DNA of 64,000 nt from Patescibacteria group bacterium (GCA_028714455.1 JAQTMG010000002.1:102047-166046), one strand, 5' to 3'. Positions 16,271 through 26,495 are shown, numbered from the stretch's first letter. The notes: generated from the letters alone by a model not told the origin. Translations and numbers: made by a program.

Positions 16271-17017
16271 ATGATTAACAAAATTATAAAATTTACTTTT
16301 TTAGGCCTGCTAATAGTGGGTGTTTTTTCACTAATCGCCTGGGTAATCTTTGAGTTCACCCTTGATGATCCAAAGGGTGAGGAAAATGCGGTTAAAAAGA
16401 TTTTTTACCAAGCCGCGAGTATCTTGCCTGTCTACCCGGCGGTTGATTTGACCGTGCCTTACCACCATCAACAGCACGCTCTCTCCTGTGAAGTTGCTTC
16501 CTTAACTATGGCCCTAAATTACAAAGGCGTAAAAGTAACTGAAAACGAGTTAATCGCCCAGCTGCCTTTTTCTTTTACCGGACCTCGCCAGACCGGCAAT
16601 ATCTGGGGCGATCCTAATTTAGGTTTTGTCGGCAACATTGATGGCACCATGCCCAATACTGGCTATGGCGTTTATGAGCAGCCGATTTATGATTTAGCTT
16701 CTAAATATCGCTCGGCTAAAATTATTACCAATGGCACTGTCGCTGATTTAATTACGGAATTAGTAAATGGCAATCCTATCGTTGTCTGGGGAGTGGTCGG
16801 TAGCGGCAAAGATATTTCCTGGAAGACACCTAACGGAAAAGTTATCAGCGCCAAGCTGGATGAGCACGCCAGGACTTTAATCGGCTTTACCGGTACGTCA
16901 GATAATCCCAAATTACTTATTTTGGACGACCCGATTTACGGCAAGATAAGAATGTCAGTCAGCAGCTTTCAAAAAAATTGGGGCATGCTGGATAATAGGG
17001 CAGTGGTAATTTATTAA
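16271..17017 (+). CDS. peptidase C39-like (YvpB/BtrH-like) domain protein
   Basis: N-terminal TM segment and HALSCEVASLTMALNYKG, a catalytic Cys region typical of C39-like proteins. Confidence 0.65.
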   Translation: MINKIIKFTFLGLLIVGVFSLIAWVIFEFTLDDPKGEENAVKKIFYQAASILPVYPAVDLTVPYHHQQHALSCEVASLTMALNYKGVKVTENELIAQLPFSFTGPRQTGNIWGDPNLGFVGNIDGTMPNTGYGVYEQPIYDLASKYRSAKIITNGTVADLITELVNGNPIVVWGVVGSGKDISWKTPNGKVISAKLDEHARTLIGFTGTSDNPKLLILDDPIYGKIRMSVSSFQKNWGMLDNRAVVIY

Positions 17018-17029
17018 AATCAAATTTAA

Positions 17030-17057
17030 CAAAAAAAAAGAGGGCCCTAGAACAGAG
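17030..17057. terminator. bidirectional terminator
   Basis: GAGGGC/GCCCTC stem flanked by an A run and a T-rich run. Confidence 0.65.
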
Positions 17058-17078
17058 CCCTCTTTGGGTTTCAGATGA

Positions 17079-17453
17079 TTACGCAGTGATGATTGATGGT
17101 TCTCCCATCAAGGCCTCACGAGAAAACTGCTTTTTCTCGGCGGAGACCTGCTCCACTTCCCTGACGAATTCGGGGAACTCGGCGAAAACGACAGCCGCCA
17201 CTTCAGGGATCTTATCATAGAAGTAGTTTCTTGCGATGCCGCGCAGAGAACATCTCCTGATACTTTTTTCGTGGTCGGCGATGCATTCCTCTGCCAGGTC
17301 GTAGAATTCTTCGGTGGTGATAGTCTGCCGGGTCAGTCTGCCCGCGATCAGTTTGCACCAACCATAGGCGTCCGGCAGCATGAACGCAATTTTCTGCTTA
17401 TTCATTCTCAACAGCCGTTCCTTTGCCTCTGCCACAAAAGCAACCTTTGCCAT
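17079..17453 (-). CDS. hypothetical protein (SD-bearing orphan)
   Basis: 124-aa ORF with AAAGGAGGGG upstream. Confidence 0.55.
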   Translation of the reverse strand: MAKVAFVAEAKERLLRMNKQKIAFMLPDAYGWCKLIAGRLTRQTITTEEFYDLAEECIADHEKSIRRCSLRGIARNYFYDKIPEVAAVVFAEFPEFVREVEQVSAEKKQFSREALMGEPSIITA

Positions 17454-17615
17454 ATTACCCCTCCTTTGGGTTTGGGTTGGAATATTGTATGCGTTAATGT
17501 ACGTTTTTAATCATTAATAATACCACAAAAAAATAGTCTTGTCAAGAGCTAGGCTGATTGACTCGTTATTTTTTGGCTAAAATAAAAGAAAAACCCCGTC
17601 AATTGACGAGGTTTT

Positions 17616-18104
17616 TTAATGAAGCACTCTTGCTTTATGATCTTGCTTTTTGGAGTTGTGTTTCTCTGCCTTGTCGATTTCTCCGGCTATTTTACTAAGC
17701 AAAGATTCCACGCAGTCCTTGGCCTTAGAAAGAGCGATTTCGTCCATTTTACTCGAATGCGATTCCAGATAAGCATGGAAGGCGCTCAAAATTAGCGAGG
17801 CGGTCAGCCACTGTTCACGAGTGAGAACAATGAGCTGCGGCTGATCATAGTCAAGTTTTTGATCACTGATGGCTGCTTCCAGCTTCTGGAGATAATCTTC
17901 AGGAGTAAGACAGCCCGTTAAAAGAACAAACTGATTAAAAGATTTCTCTTTAAGCTTAATCAGATCAGCTAGATATGAACTCTTGATCTGGGAAAGAAGC
18001 ATATCAATTTCAAAGATGTTCAGATTAATCTTTATGGTCAGGTCTTGCAAAAATGGATTGGCCGTATCGGATTGATCCGTATTCCGCCTACTTTGCTCCG
18101 GCAT
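17616..18104 (-). CDS. hypothetical protein (SD-bearing orphan)
   Basis: 162-aa ORF with GGGAGG upstream. The terminator AAAACCCCGTCAATTGACGAGGTTTT lies downstream. Confidence 0.55.
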   Translation of the reverse strand: MPEQSRRNTDQSDTANPFLQDLTIKINLNIFEIDMLLSQIKSSYLADLIKLKEKSFNQFVLLTGCLTPEDYLQKLEAAISDQKLDYDQPQLIVLTREQWLTASLILSAFHAYLESHSSKMDEIALSKAKDCVESLLSKIAGEIDKAEKHNSKKQDHKARVLH

Positions 18105-18258
18105 GATTATTTCTACCTCCCTTCGCCCTCCATAGCTTTTTACGGAGGAAGACTTTGTTTGATGCTTGACCTTACTACAAATTTTATTTTATGTCAAGGA
18201 CTGATTTGAGTATATCACGTTTTTTTAGTATGATTAAGACATAATTTATTAAAAATTT

Positions 18259-19977
18259 ATGAAAAAATATCTATCAATTTTCGTGATTCTAGGCGGCCTG
18301 CTTCTGGCCTGGCCGGTCTTGGCCCAGGAACAAATTGATAATTATGACGTGACGATTCAAATGAATAAAGACGCGACCATCAATGTTTCAGAAAGGATAC
18401 AATATGATTTCGGCGCAGAGCAAAAGCACGGCATTTTCAGATACATACCGATCAAATATAAGGCGCGCGGCGGTAACTTTAACCTAAGAATTTCCGACAT
18501 AAGCGTAATTGATGGTAACGGCTTTTTTTACAACACCGAAATTACTTACCCGGGCAACGATGTAAGTATCAAAATCGGCGAGGCTGATGTTTTGGTTAGT
18601 GGCAAAAAAACTTACATTATTGACTATACTATCAGGCGAGCCATTAACTACTTCGAAGACCATGACGAATTGTATTGGAACGTGACTGGCAATGAATGGC
18701 CGGTGCCGATTGTCAAATCTAGTGCCGCGGTTATTTTGCCTGTTAGTTTTGACGCTTCTCAAATCATGAAGTCATGCTTTAGCGGACCATTTGGCAGCAC
18801 TGCTTCTTGCGCCAAAACCGATTTGATTAAAAATAATGAAAACGGTTTGGTCAAGTTCATACTCTTTAGCCAAAATGAATTGAAAGCGGGCGAGGGCTTA
18901 ACAATTGTGGCGGGCTTGCCAGTTGGCAGCATCGCCAAACCCACTTGGCAGCAAAACATTACTGATTTTTTAAGTGATAATAAGGCCTTATTTTTGCCGC
19001 TTCTGGTTTTACTGGCCTGTTTTATTTATTGGTATTGGAAGGGCCGAGATCCCAAGGGCAGAGTCACGATAATTGCCGAGTACGAAGCGCCCGATGATTT
19101 AACGCCATCTGAAGTAGGCACGATTATCGATGAAATGGTTAATAAAAAAGATGTTTCCGCGGAAATAATTAATCTGGCCGTGCTGGGCTATTTGAAAATT
19201 AAAAGGGAAATCAGCGGCACTATAATCAAAAAACCTGTTTACACTTTGCTAAAATTAAAGTCCTCTGACGGGCTTTTGCCGCACCAAAAGAAACTGATGG
19301 ACGCGCTCTTTTCAAGCGACAAGCAAGAAGTCGCTCTTTCTAATTTATCGGAAAACTTTTATAAAAAGTACGAAGAGCTGGTTAAAGATATTTACGCTCT
19401 AACCGTTAGCAAAGGTTATTTCCCCGCAAGTCCACAAAAAGTCAGACAAAGGGCCGCCATGGTCTTGGCTCTTATTTTGGGCGCTGTTTATTTATTCACG
19501 GGCTTATTTTCTGATACCCTGGGTTTTGTTGGTTTTATCATCTCCATTATAATTGTGGAAATTTTCGCTTTTAGAATGCCCAGAAAAACCCTCAAGGGCG
19601 TTTTGACCAAAGAAAAAATATTGGGGCTTAAAGAATTTTTAATGGTCACTGAAAAAGATAGGATAAAATTTCACAACGCGCCAGAAAAAAGTCCTGAACT
19701 TTTTGAAAAGTTTTTACCTTATGCCATGGTTTTGGGCGTGGAAACGCAGTGGGCCAAGCAGTTTGAATCAATTTATAAAACTCCACCGTCTTGGTATCAG
19801 GGCACGGAAGGCGCCAATTTTAATAGCATTTTATTTGTCTCTAGTCTGCATAACTTTCAAGCGCAAACAAATTCTGCTTTATTTACCGCGCCCTCAAGCG
19901 CTGCCGGCGGCGCTAGCGGTTTTTCCGGCGGTGGCTCTGGCGGGGGATTTGGCGGCGGTGGAGGAGGGTCTTGGTAA
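18259..19977 (+). CDS. DUF2207-family membrane protein
   Basis: Signal peptide, internal TM segments and a C-terminal GGGSGGGFGGGGGGSW tail typical of DUF2207. Confidence 0.7.
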   Translation: MKKYLSIFVILGGLLLAWPVLAQEQIDNYDVTIQMNKDATINVSERIQYDFGAEQKHGIFRYIPIKYKARGGNFNLRISDISVIDGNGFFYNTEITYPGNDVSIKIGEADVLVSGKKTYIIDYTIRRAINYFEDHDELYWNVTGNEWPVPIVKSSAAVILPVSFDASQIMKSCFSGPFGSTASCAKTDLIKNNENGLVKFILFSQNELKAGEGLTIVAGLPVGSIAKPTWQQNITDFLSDNKALFLPLLVLLACFIYWYWKGRDPKGRVTIIAEYEAPDDLTPSEVGTIIDEMVNKKDVSAEIINLAVLGYLKIKREISGTIIKKPVYTLLKLKSSDGLLPHQKKLMDALFSSDKQEVALSNLSENFYKKYEELVKDIYALTVSKGYFPASPQKVRQRAAMVLALILGAVYLFTGLFSDTLGFVGFIISIIIVEIFAFRMPRKTLKGVLTKEKILGLKEFLMVTEKDRIKFHNAPEKSPELFEKFLPYAMVLGVETQWAKQFESIYKTPPSWYQGTEGANFNSILFVSSLHNFQAQTNSALFTAPSSAAGGASGFSGGGSGGGFGGGGGGSW

Positions 19978-20024
19978 TTTCTAAATCCTAAATTCTAAAT
20001 CCTAGAAAATAGGAATATATTTTC

Positions 20025-21026
20025 ATGAACAAATTCTATACTCAATTTAATGACATTTTAAAAGATCAGCCTGCTTACAGAGTTAAGCAAATTAAGCAGG
20101 CTATTTTTGTTGAGCTAATTGATAATTGGGACAAGGCCATGACTTTGCCCAAGAAACTTAGAGCTGAACTGGCAAAAAAAGTTCCATTGGAAGTTAAAGC
20201 GCAAATTTTTGAATCAAAAGATGAGGACGCGATCAAAGCTTTGATTACTTTAGGTGATGGTTTAAAAATTGAAACTGTTTTAATGAAACACAATCGTAGA
20301 AATACTGTTTGCGTTTCCTCTCAAGTCGGCTGCCCTTTGGGCTGTAAATTTTGTGCCACAGGCGCCATGGGATTTAAAAGAAATCTGGAAACCTGGGAAA
20401 TTGTCAGTCAGGTTTTATTCTTTGCCAGAAAATTAAAAATCACCGGCGAAAGAATTGATAACGTGGTTTTCATGGGCATGGGCGAGCCATTTTTAAATTA
20501 CAATAACGTTATGGAGGCCATTAGAATTTTAAATGACGCGCATGGCCTGGCTATTGGTATTCGCCATTTTTCAATTTCAACCATTGGCATAATCGAGGGC
20601 ATTGAAAAATTTGCTGATGAAAAAATGCAAGTCAACCTGGCCATCTCCTTGCACGCGCCAGATGATAAGACCAGAATCAGCATCATTCCTTGCGGCAAAA
20701 AATATACAATTCACAAAATTCTTGAGGCGGTTGACGATTATATTGCCAAAACCAATCGCAAAGTTATGTTTGAATATCTTTTAATAAAAGGGGTTAATGA
20801 TTCTGATGATTTTGCTTTAAAATTAGCGAAATTGATGAAAAAGCCGCTTTATTTTGTCAACCTAATCACGTATAATAAGACTGGAGCCTATCAACCGCCT
20901 TCCACAGATAAAATTAAACATTTCAAAGATATTTTGGAAAAGAACAGAGTTTTTACCACACTGCGCTACAGATTTGGCGCTGATATTGAAGCGGCGTGCG
21001 GACAGCTTGCAGCTGGCAATAAGTAG
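20025..21026 (+). CDS. rlmN: 23S rRNA/tRNA adenine-C2 methyltransferase RlmN (radical SAM)
   Basis: CPLGCKFCATG radical SAM cluster and an RlmN-like length and C-terminal Cys. Confidence 0.9.
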   Translation: MNKFYTQFNDILKDQPAYRVKQIKQAIFVELIDNWDKAMTLPKKLRAELAKKVPLEVKAQIFESKDEDAIKALITLGDGLKIETVLMKHNRRNTVCVSSQVGCPLGCKFCATGAMGFKRNLETWEIVSQVLFFARKLKITGERIDNVVFMGMGEPFLNYNNVMEAIRILNDAHGLAIGIRHFSISTIGIIEGIEKFADEKMQVNLAISLHAPDDKTRISIIPCGKKYTIHKILEAVDDYIAKTNRKVMFEYLLIKGVNDSDDFALKLAKLMKKPLYFVNLITYNKTGAYQPPSTDKIKHFKDILEKNRVFTTLRYRFGADIEAACGQLAAGNK

Positions 21027-21130
21027 AGAGTTGAGCGTGGAGAGTTTGGATATTAGGAATTGGTAAATAGTGTATTAATTTCCCTCCACCAATTACTTAT
21101 CACTCCACTCTTTACCCTTTACCCCAAACC
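21021..21130 (+). repeat. strand-asymmetric intergenic repeat, copy R3
   Basis: A C-poor arm (21021-21081, one C) is followed by a 49-nt G-free run (21082-21130) containing CCAATTAC. Confidence 0.7.
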
Positions 21131-21138
21131 GTTCAATT

Positions 21139-21606
21139 ATGAAACCAAATTACATCATCATTCCACTCATTACTCTTGCCATTGCTCTTACTGGCAGTTT
21201 ATTGACCAGCGCTGGCATGGATTGGTATAACACGCTGACTCTGCCAGCTTCGGCTCCTGCGGGAATAGTAATCGGTACTGTCTGGACAATAATTTTCATA
21301 CTTTCAACGATTTCAGCGCTGATTATTTGGAATAACTTCAAGGAGGATAAATTATTTCGGTGGATAATCGGCATCTTTATAGCCAACGCGATTTTAAACG
21401 TGCTCTGGAGTTATGTCTTCTTCTATTCTCATCAAATCGGTGCTTCCATAGTTGAAATGATTATTTTAGAACTCTCGGTTCTCTCACTCTGCGTTCTTAT
21501 TTGGCCAAAATCAAAATGGGCTTCGATTTTACTCTGGCCATACGTCGCTTGGGTGATTTTTGCCACGTATTTGACTGTTAACATCTGGCAATTAAATTTA
21601 ATATAG
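21139..21606 (+). CDS. tspO: TspO/MBR family tryptophan-rich sensory protein
   Basis: 155 aa, five TM segments and Trp-rich TspO-like motifs. Confidence 0.75.
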   Translation: MKPNYIIIPLITLAIALTGSLLTSAGMDWYNTLTLPASAPAGIVIGTVWTIIFILSTISALIIWNNFKEDKLFRWIIGIFIANAILNVLWSYVFFYSHQIGASIVEMIILELSVLSLCVLIWPKSKWASILLWPYVAWVIFATYLTVNIWQLNLI

Positions 21607-21647
21607 GGTCAAGTCGGCCCAAAAATTTAATAATTAACGTAAAAAAA

Positions 21648-21854
21648 ATGAAAAAACTCAATGTACTGGACATTATTGCTCTTATTTTAGTTGAAATTGG
21701 CGGCATTAATTGGGGCTTGGTCGGATTATTCAAATTCGATCTGGTTCAATGGCTCTTTGGCACAATGCCAACTTTGGCCATGATCGTCTACATCCTAATC
21801 GGACTTTCTGGCCTTTACACCATTTACCTGGCTATGAATGTAACAAAGAAATAG
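21648..21854 (+). CDS. DUF378 membrane protein
   Basis: GGINWGLVGLFKFDLV motif. Confidence 0.7.
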   Translation: MKKLNVLDIIALILVEIGGINWGLVGLFKFDLVQWLFGTMPTLAMIVYILIGLSGLYTIYLAMNVTKK

Positions 21855-21935
21855 TTATTTTTTATCAAAACCCTCTCGTTTTGCGCGCGAGGGTTTTGAA
21901 TTGAATAAATGCTGTAATTATGATAAATTAGCCCT

Positions 21936-23738
21936 ATGCTGAATTCTCAAACCGAAGAAATAAAATCAAAGGTTGACATTGTCGATCTGATTTCCGAATA
22001 CGTCGTCCTGAAACCAGCCGGCACAAACTGGCGCGCTCGCTGCCCGTTTCACAACGAGAAAACGCCGTCTTTCATGGTTTCGCGCGACAAACAAATCTGG
22101 CACTGCTTTGGCTGCGGTGAAGGCGGTGATATTTTTGAGTTTGTGCAAAAAATGGAAGGCGTGGAATTTCCCGAAGCTTTGCATATTCTGGCTGATAAAG
22201 CCGGCGTCAAATTGAGAAGGACCGACCCCAAACAAATCTCGCAGAAAACCAGAATGCTGGATGTGCTAAAAATGGCGGCTGAATATTTCCATCTGTCTCT
22301 TTTAAAAACCACTGAAGGCAAAATCGCCAGAGATTATCTGGAAAAGAGAAAAATCGAGCCTGAAACAATCGAGGAATTCAAGCTCGGCTACGCGCCTTCG
22401 TCCTGGGAAAATCTTTTCAATTTTTTAATAAAAAAGGGGTTTAAGCAGGACGAGATAATCGCGGCCGGTTTGGCTTTAAAAAGCGAACGCGGCCAAGTTC
22501 ATGACCGTTTTCGCTTGCGTTTAATGTTTCCTATCAATGACCATCATGGCAATGTGGTTGGCTTCACGGGCAGAATTTTGGATGAAACAAAGCAGGATCA
22601 GGGCGGTAAATACGTGAACACGCCACAAACCATGGCTTATAATAAAAGTTTGGTAATTTATGGCCTGGACAAAGCCAAAATTGAAATTAAAAATAAAAAT
22701 CTGGCCGTGATTGTCGAGGGCAACATGGATGTTATTGCTTCGCATCAGGCTGGCGTCAACAACGTGGTCGCTTCATCAGGCACCGCTCTGACAATTGAGC
22801 AATTAAATCTTTTAAAGAGATACACAAATAACGTCGCGCTCTCCTTTGATTCCGATTTAGCCGGTCAGAGCGCGGCTGAACGGGGGATTGATACGGCGCT
22901 GGCGCTTGGCTTTAACATAAAAGTAATCCAGCTGCCGGCGGAAATTAACGGGGTCAAAATTAAAGACCCAGACGATTGTATTAAAGCGGACATCAAGGTC
23001 TGGCAAAAAGCCATTGACGAATCAATTTCTATTATGGATTTTTATTTTAATAAAACCCTGGCCAAATTCGACCTCAAAAAGCCGCAGGACAGAAAAGAAA
23101 TAACCAATCGGCTGATTAAGCAGATTGCCAAACTACCTGACCGCGTGGAAAGCGACTACTGGTTGACTAATCTGGCCCAGCGTCTGGACGTGCCTGATAA
23201 TATTTTGCGGGAAACGTTTATGGCTTTCTCTGATTCGAAAAAAAGGAGCCGGCACGAAGCCGCGGTTGAAAAAATCACCGGCGACAGCCGCGAAGACATG
23301 CTGGCCCGCCAGCTTTTGGCCATTGCCCTGAAATTTCCCCAAAATCTTGATTACGTTATAAAGCACCTGGAGCCCGAAATGATTCCGCAGGATGAGCTGA
23401 AACAAATTTACAAGGAAATCGTATTATATTATAATAATGACAAAGAGTTTCATCGCGAAGAATTTGAAAAAATATTGGCAGAAAAAGAAAAAAAGTCGTT
23501 AGACACGATAACCACCTTGTTGCTTTTGGCCGATAAGGACTTTTTTGATTATGACGGCGAAAGGATTGAGAAAGAGCTGCTGGACATAATCGCTTTTATG
23601 AAAAAAAATTACATCAATAAAAAGATAAAACAGGTCCAGATGCTCATTTTCCAGGCGGAAAAGGAAAAAAATCAGCAGCAGATTCAGGAGCTTTCCAGGG
23701 AATTTTCCGCTCTGACCGAAAAATTAAACAACGCCTAA
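21936..23738 (+). CDS. dnaG: DNA primase
   Basis: Zinc finger CPFHNEKTPSF...CFGCG and a TOPRIM EGNMDV motif. Confidence 0.95.
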   Translation: MLNSQTEEIKSKVDIVDLISEYVVLKPAGTNWRARCPFHNEKTPSFMVSRDKQIWHCFGCGEGGDIFEFVQKMEGVEFPEALHILADKAGVKLRRTDPKQISQKTRMLDVLKMAAEYFHLSLLKTTEGKIARDYLEKRKIEPETIEEFKLGYAPSSWENLFNFLIKKGFKQDEIIAAGLALKSERGQVHDRFRLRLMFPINDHHGNVVGFTGRILDETKQDQGGKYVNTPQTMAYNKSLVIYGLDKAKIEIKNKNLAVIVEGNMDVIASHQAGVNNVVASSGTALTIEQLNLLKRYTNNVALSFDSDLAGQSAAERGIDTALALGFNIKVIQLPAEINGVKIKDPDDCIKADIKVWQKAIDESISIMDFYFNKTLAKFDLKKPQDRKEITNRLIKQIAKLPDRVESDYWLTNLAQRLDVPDNILRETFMAFSDSKKRSRHEAAVEKITGDSREDMLARQLLAIALKFPQNLDYVIKHLEPEMIPQDELKQIYKEIVLYYNNDKEFHREEFEKILAEKEKKSLDTITTLLLLADKDFFDYDGERIEKELLDIIAFMKKNYINKKIKQVQMLIFQAEKEKNQQQIQELSREFSALTEKLNNA

Positions 23739-23747
23739 CCTTAAAAT

Positions 23748-24953
23748 ATGGCAAAAAAATCAAAGAAAAAAACAAAAAAGTCATTCAAGAAAAGAAAGAT
23801 TGTTAAAAGAGCTCGCAAAAAACACGGCAAAAAAGTCGTTCGGCGCTCAAGAAAGGAAGCCAAGTTGCCGTCCGAAGCGCAAATGAATCAACTGCTGGTC
23901 AAAGGCCGAGGACGCGGTTTTGTGACCGAACAAGAACTTTTAATGACTTTTCCCGAAGTTGAGGAGTATCTTGATTTGTACGACAAATTTTTAGATCAGC
24001 TTGATCATAACAGCATCCAAATAGTGGCGCTCAAAGGCGGCATGCTTATGAAGGGCAAGGAAAAAGATGAGATGCTGGGCAAGATCAGCACGGGCAAGGA
24101 AAGAAAGAGGATTGATCTGGCTGATATAACCAGTGAAGATTCGATTCAAATGTATTTACGCGAAATTGGTAAGGTTCCCTTGCTAAAAGGTGAAGAGGAA
24201 ATGTCTTTGGCCAGAAGAAAGGACAAGGGCGATAAAGAAGCCATTAAAAAATTAATCGAGGCCAACTTGCGCTTGGTTGTTTCCATTGCCAAGAAATTCG
24301 TGGGCAAAAATATGTCTTTGCTCGACTTAATTCAGGAAGGCAATATGGGTTTGTTTAAAGCCGTGGAAAAATTTGATGCCAGCAAGGGTTATAAATTTTC
24401 AACTTACGCCACCTGGTGGATTAGACAAGCCATCACCAGATCTTTGGCTGATCAATCGAGAACAATCAGAATTCCGGTCCACATGGTTGAAACTATCAAT
24501 AAATTTCAGCAGGTTCAGAGACGATTAATCCAGGATTTGGGTAGGGAACCGCTACCAGAAGAAATCGCGGCTGAAATGAGCGAAGATATTGAAAAAGTCA
24601 GACACATTATTAATATTTCGCAGGAAACTGTTTCTTTGGAAACTTCTGTGGGTGAAGACGAAGACGATTCAACTCTGGAGGACTTTATTGAGGATGTGAA
24701 AAACATGGCGCCTGACCGAGCCGCCGCTCTTCAGCTTCTGCGCGATTATGTCAAAAGTATCATAACCGAGCTTTCGCCCAGAGAACAAAAAATTCTGGAA
24801 ATGCGTTTCGGCATTGGCGACGGCGTGGCTCATACTTTGGAGGAAGTCGGAAAGGAATTTGATGTGACGCGCGAACGCATCAGACAAATTGAAGCAAAGT
24901 CATTGGAAAAAATAAAACAACACCATCAAGTAGAAAAATTAAGAGATTTTTAA
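23748..24953 (+). CDS. rpoD: RNA polymerase sigma-70 factor RpoD
   Basis: Regions 1.2 to 4.2 are present ([25 protein letters not shown]). The N-terminus is unusually basic. Confidence 0.95.
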   Translation: MAKKSKKKTKKSFKKRKIVKRARKKHGKKVVRRSRKEAKLPSEAQMNQLLVKGRGRGFVTEQELLMTFPEVEEYLDLYDKFLDQLDHNSIQIVALKGGMLMKGKEKDEMLGKISTGKERKRIDLADITSEDSIQMYLREIGKVPLLKGEEEMSLARRKDKGDKEAIKKLIEANLRLVVSIAKKFVGKNMSLLDLIQEGNMGLFKAVEKFDASKGYKFSTYATWWIRQAITRSLADQSRTIRIPVHMVETINKFQQVQRRLIQDLGREPLPEEIAAEMSEDIEKVRHIINISQETVSLETSVGEDEDDSTLEDFIEDVKNMAPDRAAALQLLRDYVKSIITELSPREQKILEMRFGIGDGVAHTLEEVGKEFDVTRERIRQIEAKSLEKIKQHHQVEKLRDF

Positions 24954-24960
24954 AGAAAAA

Positions 24961-24990
24961 CTCCTCTCCGCGTTGCGGAGGGGAGTTTTA
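24961..24990. terminator. bidirectional terminator
   Basis: CTCCTCTCCGC/GCGGAGGGGAG stem with flanking A and T runs. Confidence 0.7.
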
Positions 24991-24999
24991 TTAATGTTA

Positions 25000-25461
25000 C
25001 TAGTCGGTCTTGACGAGACAAAGTTCGGGATAGTGACAGATCGAAATCGTGGGATGTTCTTCGCCGATTTTTTCAATGACTTCCTTGGTCTTGACGAGCC
25101 AGCGCGGATCGCAGGGCTTGAGGTCCGGTTCCTCGAAACAGCATCTGGCCTCTTGCTCGTTTAAAAACAGAGCAACGATTTTTGAAGTGCCACCTCGCCA
25201 CCAGCCGGTGTTAACGTATTCAAGCCGCCGCTCGAAAGATGTTTGCGGAGATAGAAGGCCACGGCCCTCATTGATGTAAAATTGCAGATTTGTGGCAATG
25301 GCCAGCATCGTGCCGCCATTTACTCTTTCGCCCTTCTGAACCTTACTCTCGCCCTTCAGCTCGATTTTCACTGCATAGGGATGACCATTTTCATCTTTCG
25401 CGTACACCTCGTAAATTGAGGTTCCGGTCACGGCATAGAATTTTTCAAATATTTCCGGCAT
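25000..25461 (-). CDS. hypothetical protein (SD-bearing orphan)
   Basis: 153-aa ORF with AAAAGGAGGG upstream. Confidence 0.55.
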   Translation of the reverse strand: MPEIFEKFYAVTGTSIYEVYAKDENGHPYAVKIELKGESKVQKGERVNGGTMLAIATNLQFYINEGRGLLSPQTSFERRLEYVNTGWWRGGTSKIVALFLNEQEARCCFEEPDLKPCDPRWLVKTKEVIEKIGEEHPTISICHYPELCLVKTD

Positions 25462-25544
25462 GTGACCCTCCTTTTTGTTTTATATTAACTTTTTATCAAT
25501 TATCGTTGAATCTGTCAATTTTCAAAAAACACATCAGGGGCAAG

Positions 25545-25979
25545 CTAGTTCATTAAAACTTTCCCGCCCAAATCAACAATAAAATCAGAAATATCATCAA
25601 TTTTCTTGGCTTGAACTGGACTAATAATATCTTCAGCCAGAATTTCAATTCTTTCAAGCGCCTCTGTTAACTTTTGTTTACCCCCAGCACCCAAAATAAC
25701 ACTGCGCACCCTGGCGTCATCTTCTTGCGGCCCATTTTTGATCAAATGGACCTTTTCCATGGGCAAGAGTAGGCGAGTGACACCTGAAGCGGTTAAACCA
25801 ATCTTATCAGCCAGATCAACTCGTCGCATCTTTTGATCCTCGGCTTGACTTAAATGATAGAGAATTAAAAATTCGCTAAAACCTAAACCACCCAAGCCGC
25901 GATCTAATCGGGCATTTAAAATGGCCTGGGTTTTGGCCATGTTTATTAATAGTTTTACTGCTGAACTGACTTTTTCCAT
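25545..25979 (-). CDS. MarR-family transcriptional regulator
   Basis: Winged-helix region RVDLADKIGLTASGVTRLL. Confidence 0.8.
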   Translation of the reverse strand: MEKVSSAVKLLINMAKTQAILNARLDRGLGGLGFSEFLILYHLSQAEDQKMRRVDLADKIGLTASGVTRLLLPMEKVHLIKNGPQEDDARVRSVILGAGGKQKLTEALERIEILAEDIISPVQAKKIDDISDFIVDLGGKVLMN

Positions 25980-25997
25980 AAAAATTGTAGTTAATAA

Positions 25998-26017
25998 ATA
26001 CTTGATAAGTCAAGTAT
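25998..26017. promoter_or_regulatory. candidate MarR operator palindrome
   Basis: Perfect ATACTTGA-TAAG-TCAAGTAT overlapping promoter-like hexamers upstream of the MarR gene. Confidence 0.5.
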
Positions 26018-26041
26018 ATACCAACTAATTATAATGTCAAA

Positions 26042-26434
26042 TAAAAAAGCACACCATTTTGAATGTCTGGTGTGCTTGAGGTACCAACACGGAATGTTTC
26101 ATCCTTCCTCTGGGGCAGTTGGCGTGCCCGTGGCTTATGCCACCTGTTGTTTTCCACTTTCGTGGGCGTTCGGCTTGTACATCCGCAGGGGGAACAACAG
26201 CTATTCCCCAAGAAACAACACCATTGTCCTACTAGGTGCAGCTAGTCCCGACTCGTTTACGGGAGTGCCTCCTAAGGATGTTATCTCTCTGCGGATATGT
26301 CCACCATCACCCCGTAGCCTTGCTCTGATTGTTTTTGGCCTGTCAGAGTAGGTTTTGGTGGCCGGTCCATTACGGAAACGAGATTTGTCAGGCCGTTATG
26401 AAATTCAGGTTCTTGTACATTAACACCTCCTTTG
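26042..26434 (-). ncRNA. about 390-nt GC-rich structured RNA candidate, class unknown
   Basis: Extended -10 box (TGATATTAT, minus strand, 26441-26449) and a terminator GCACACCA/TGGTGTGC plus a T run (26043-26075). GNRA-capped hairpins and an 8-bp long-range helix are present. There is no ORF longer than 28 aa on this strand. Confidence 0.5.
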
Positions 26435-26495
26435 TTTTTTATAATATCAAAAAATCGCCAGAAAGGCGATTTTTTTAGATCTTCAATATTATTTT

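Noticed and set aside
26029-26351. ORF-track ORFs of 105 aa (+) and 60 aa (-) in the same region
   Set aside because: Neither has an SD or a plausible promoter. The sequences are Cys/Pro/Arg-rich in the way GC-rich non-coding sequence usually translates. They also overlap extensive helices.
26042-26434. Assigning the structured RNA to RNase P RNA, tmRNA, SRP RNA or a T-box leader
   Set aside because: I could not find GGAAAGUCC or ACAGAA..GGCUUA (RNase P), a tRNA-like acceptor/T arm or tag ORF (tmRNA), or a GGAA...AGCA helix-8 motif (SRP). AGAGAG and GGTACC words recall T-box leaders, but the downstream gene is a MarR regulator with its own promoter, not an aminoacyl-tRNA synthetase.
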